A stretch of DNA of 36,152 nt from Ministeria vibrans ATCC 50519 (Eukaryota > Protista > Filasterea). The stretch is from assembly GCA_943704425.1 (NCBI GenBank), contig CALSCP010002666.1, positions 1 through 36,152 on the forward strand, in the 5' to 3' direction. Position 1 is the stretch's first letter; each line of letters begins with the position of its first letter. Below the pieces are notes generated by a model. The model saw nothing but the letters and a program-made list of their open reading frames with translations. It was not told the origin of the DNA and made no database searches. Positions 32,057 through 36,152 of the stretch are shown in pieces. Both the position numbers and the translations under genes were made by a program.

Positions 32057-33930
32057 ACAACTCTCTAGTGAGTCTAGGTTTCTGTTAATAATTATTACTA
32101 TTTTCTTAATAATAGGAAATAAAATTCTTGAATAATAATTTATTATTAAACTTACGGCGGAAATCTATAATATTTTGTTGTATATTGTCTTGCATTCTCG
32201 ATTCTCTATTTATTTTCTTATTATAATATTTTTGCGTGTGTAGGCAACTCCTTCATGACAGGCCGTCGTCCCGACCATACGCGTATCTGGAACTTTAAAG
32301 GTTCATTCCGAACGAAAGGCATTGACTCAACCGACCGTCCCGGCTCAAACTGGACGTCGCTCCCTCAGGCGTTCAAACACGCTGGCTATCTGACTAGTGG
32401 TGGGGGAAAGGTACGTAACACTGTTTACATAATGTATTGTGTGTCATTGATTCGCTGTGGTCAGCTCTTCCACCCAGGATCACCACCCAATAACGACGAA
32501 CCCTACTCGTGGTCTCCCGAGTACAACTACTACCAACCAGACGCACAGATCAAAGAGTGCGCCACCAATGACGCACACCCGTCCGTCTGTGCTCTCCCCG
32601 AAGACAAATGCACCGACAAATGGATCTCGGACTTTGCCATTCAGCGTCTAAGTACCAAACTTAACCAAACAGGGGGAAAGTAAGTGTCACTTACTTACGC
32701 ATAATATTTTGTTGTTTTAGCGCAACTGTCCAACGACTCAAAGCGGACGGGAAAGCCGTTTTTTTTTGGTGCGGGATTCCACAAGCCGCATCCGGACTGG
32801 GCACTGCCGCAGGAGTATCTGGACATGTACCTCAACCACTCACTGCCCCTGCGCCGCAATGCGCCCAATGATGCTCCTCCGCCGGCCTTTTACGGATGTG
32901 CGTATATTCAGAGAGAGAGAGGAGAAAGGAGAGTGATTGAGGGGATCGTTTTTCGTGTTGTGTGTGTTTGTGTTGTGAGTCGATTGTGTCATCTCATGTA
33001 TTTTTGTGTTGTTTTACGTCTTTTTGCCAATTATTTTTTTGTTGCTTTGCGTCTTTTTTTGTGTCATCTTCAATGAGATCATAACATATTTTTTTGTATT
33101 GCTTTTTATAAGTATTATTAGTATTTCTGTTGGTGGTGACTGTACACTGTTTGCCACTCTCACTCTTCACAAACATCATTCCTTCAAATCATTCACTCAC
33201 TTTTACGACTGATTTTAGGTGACTACTTGAGCTCGCACAGTGACGTGAGTGGTTCTGGCGAGTACATTACGCCCAACAGTCCACTCTCAGACCAACTCAC
33301 TCGCAAAATCCGGTCAGCGTATTTTGGCGGAATCACTTTCACAGACAAACAAATTGGACGTGTTTTGGATACACTGAGTGCATTGGGACACAGTGAGGAT
33401 ACAATTGTGGTGTTTTTAGCGGACCATGGATGGGCATTGGGTGAGCTGAACATGTGGTGTAAACAGGCGAATTACGAACTGCAGACGCATGTGCCGTTGA
33501 TTGTACATGTGCCGTGGTTGCAGCAGAGCCACGGCAGGAGCACCGATGCACTCGTGGAATTGGTGGTATGCGTTCGTATTGACTTGTTTTGACTGTGTGT
33601 ATGTGTGTATGTGTACGATGTGCGCGTGTGTTGATTCAATCTATGCCTTTCTCTCTGAACTCTGGGGTGCGTGTGTATGTGTGGTCTTAATCTGTCATTC
33701 TCTCTTTGATTTCTATCTGTGTATTATGGCGATATTATTTTGTAGTCTTTCTCGTGTGCTTGCATTGTTTGTTTATGTGTATAATATTTTGCTGTTTTTT
33801 GTTGTGTGGGTATTATTATATAACTCTGTATGTCTGTGTTTTGCACTTTTAGATAGTATCTCTTTTGTAGACTGTTTCTATCTTCTCTTATGTTTTCTTT
33901 GTTGGATAATTAATTGGATTATTCTTTTAA

Positions 33931-34004
<74 letters not shown>

Positions 34005-34778
34005 GTTCATATTTTCACATAATTATGTTGTGTAGGATGTATTTCCAACTTTGAGTGCGTTGGCGAAAATTCAAACAACCTTTCCGGATATGCTTGATGG
34101 AAACTCACTGGTTCCCATCCTGAATTCACCCGACTCGATTCCCTCTAACTGGAAGACAGGTTAGAACACCGAATCTGAACCGAATCTTTAACTCAGACTT
34201 TAATTCAAACACTCTACTCTAACTCCAATGATTATTCCACGGGATTTCCTCAATATTTCCCATAAATTATCCATCTCCTTCCTCCTTCACTCTCAGCTGT
34301 CTTCCAACAGTACCCGCGCTGTCTCAACTCGACCCTCATGTTTGAGCCGCCCTTCTACGCCACAAAAGACGCGTGCACGGGAATCCCGGAAAACGAATTC
34401 ACTGTACCGACTCAGGATCATCCACCCACCCACACACGTATTGACTCCCTCTGTGTGATTAGACAATGGGCTATGCAATGCGCACGAGTGAGTATCGGTA
34501 TGTGGAGTGGCGCGAGTGGCCGGGCCATCTGCCGACGGGCGCACACGAGTGGGGCCGACTGGAAGGGGTGGAGCTGTACGCGCACTCTGCGGCTGAAGGG
34601 GATATTATGGAGACCGAAACTAACAACGTTGCGTATTTGATGAAGAACCAGAAGACGGTGAGTGCTCTGCGTTATTTTGTTGTGTCTTGACTAACTGTTA
34701 TTGTTTTAGGTAAACCATTTTGCGGGAATTTTGAAGCAATGCTTTTTGACACCTGCGGATTGTCCGGCGCGGAAATAA
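31482..34778 (+). CDS. Iduronate-2-sulfatase-like formylglycine sulfatase; 9 exons (31482-31707, 32244-32410, 32465-32651, 32721-32897, 33219-33565, 34036-34159, 34297-34403, 34463-34657, 34710-34778); 532 aa
   Basis: Signal peptide; PNVLLIATDDFRP, CSPSRNSFMTGRRPD (CxPxR), GKLFHP, GFHKPH, ADHGW.LGE...WCK, VELVDVFPTL, QYPRC, MGYAMRT. All phases consistent. Confidence 0.92.
31937..32053. repeat. (ATT)n microsatellites in sulfatase intron 1
   Basis: Two runs, about 31937-31993 and 32015-32053. Confidence 0.9.
33935..34003. repeat. (ATT)n microsatellite in sulfatase intron 5
   Basis: Direct inspection; explains the spurious poly-Leu ORF. Confidence 0.9.
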
Positions 34779-35480
34779 TTACAATGGAGAGAATTTGCAG
34801 ATTTGAAAACACATAACATAATTATTTAAATTTTATAGGAAATTTAAGTTGATGAAGTGACTATTATTAGAAGAAAAGAATTTAAAGAAAGAAAATATAA
34901 TGATTGATGATTGATACATGATACATAGAAAGTAATAATTGATATAATGATAATAACAATAATATTAATAAGAATACTTGAGAACACGTTTCGTAATAAA
35001 TAAAGCAAAAAGTTTACTCAAGGAGAAGAAATTCAACTAAGAGAGTAAAAAGTAATTCAATGCTTCACAGTGTGTCTACTGTCTGAGTTGTCTCATGTTT
35101 GTCTTATTACTCTTGAATAAATAATGCTCAGTTCTATTTTCTGTGTGATCACTCATTGGGAAATTGAAAATGGGAATGCAATATTATTTCCTGTTGTTGA
35201 TTGGAAGTAGCTCCGTTGGTCACTGGTCAGCTCCTTAGGTGCATCTGTCGAAAGATACGTCAGATTAAATGTTTTTCTAAATTTTTTTCCGACTCTCCAT
35301 TCTTTAGTTTGTTTTTCTGTTCACAAAAGAGTGAAAGTCACGACTCACGCCACTCTATCAATCGTACACACGCCTACCACGTAGAAGAAGACACATTAGG
35401 TTCGATATGGTACACAGAGAGAGTGCGGGAAAGGGATCTTTGTGCTGTTCTTTGCGAGACGAGTTTCACTCATTTGTTTC

Positions 35481-35825
35481 TGTCGACTGCGCAACTCATC
35501 CGACGCAAATGGCTCGCTTTGCATTGCATTGCAGAGTGGGGTGTGTGGTGTGTATGGTGATGCATGGCACAGCGTGTGTGTCGTTCTGTGGGGGTCGCAA
35601 TGGCGTCGTTTGTGTGTTCGACCAACATTTGGACTTGTTTGTGTCGTCTGCGCAACTCATCCGACGCAAGTGGCTCGCTTTGCATTGCATTGCAGAGTGG
35701 AGTGTGTGGTGTGTATGGTGATGCATGGCACAGCGTGTGTGTCGTCCTGTGGGGGTCGCAATGGCGTCGTTTGTGTGTTCGACCAACATTTGGACTTGTT
35801 TGTGTCGTCTGCGCAACTCTTCCGA
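35481..35825 (+). repeat. 161-bp tandem repeat, about 2.1 copies
   Basis: CTGCGCAACTC recurs at 35487, 35648 and 35809 with near-identical intervening units. Confidence 0.92.
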
Positions 35826-36152
35826 TGATGCGCTCTCGTTGTTTGATCAGTCGTTGTTTGTGAGTCAGTTTGTTTTGGTTTGTTTGAAAGGGACTTTGAG
35901 TGGAGAGACAGAGAGTTCTCATTGGTTGGCACTCAGTTGATCGCTGAGGCCTCATAGAACCACGTTCCCTTGTGTGTGTGCCTCTGTTTGCTGTGATCCA
36001 GTTGTCACTCCTCACTCCTCTCTCTCGTGTCGTAGAACATGGCATTTGCTCAGAAGGGAAAGACAGTCGCATTTGTGCATAAGAATGAAGTTGCGCTCTT
36101 TCGGAAGTGCGAAGAGGGAACACAGCACATTGCGCACTCCATTGCGACGGTG

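Noticed and set aside
33501-34022. Hydrophobic poly-Leu membrane protein ORF
   Set aside because: Translation of T-rich sulfatase intron 5 and its (ATT)n repeat.
35201-36123. Multiple overlapping ORFs near the window end
   Set aside because: Produced by the 161-bp tandem repeat; no protein motif.

Overview
Gene-dense eukaryotic genomic DNA from a probably unicellular organism: GC-rich exons, AT-rich intergenic DNA, many short GT-AG introns, microsatellites and two N gaps. About 15 spliced genes were reconstructed by hand with consistent exon phases. Recognisable genes are exosome RRP40, a 5'-truncated asparagine synthetase, a Costars/ABRA(STARS)-like protein, Nup35/53, a GT-B glycosyltransferase, an acylated Pil1/Lsp1-like BAR protein, an ER-type JmjC oxygenase, a pectin acetylesterase/Notum-family esterase and an iduronate-2-sulfatase-like sulfatase. 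There is also a decayed MULE-like transposase and several repeats. The most striking feature is a cluster of three adjacent paralogues (19.7-27.8 kb). Each has an N-terminal MG myristoylation signal, a PTB-like domain and a shared ~65-aa helical domain (FHxYxF/WxxDxxF/YxxG...KI/VR/KAHYF/YxxxF...DLxxYxxW). Two also carry polyproline tracts and actin-binding-like motifs, and the largest has an Ena/VASP-like GAB-FAB pair. This is a candidate undescribed membrane-anchored actin-assembly adaptor family. All homology calls are by-eye motif recognition; no database searches were run.
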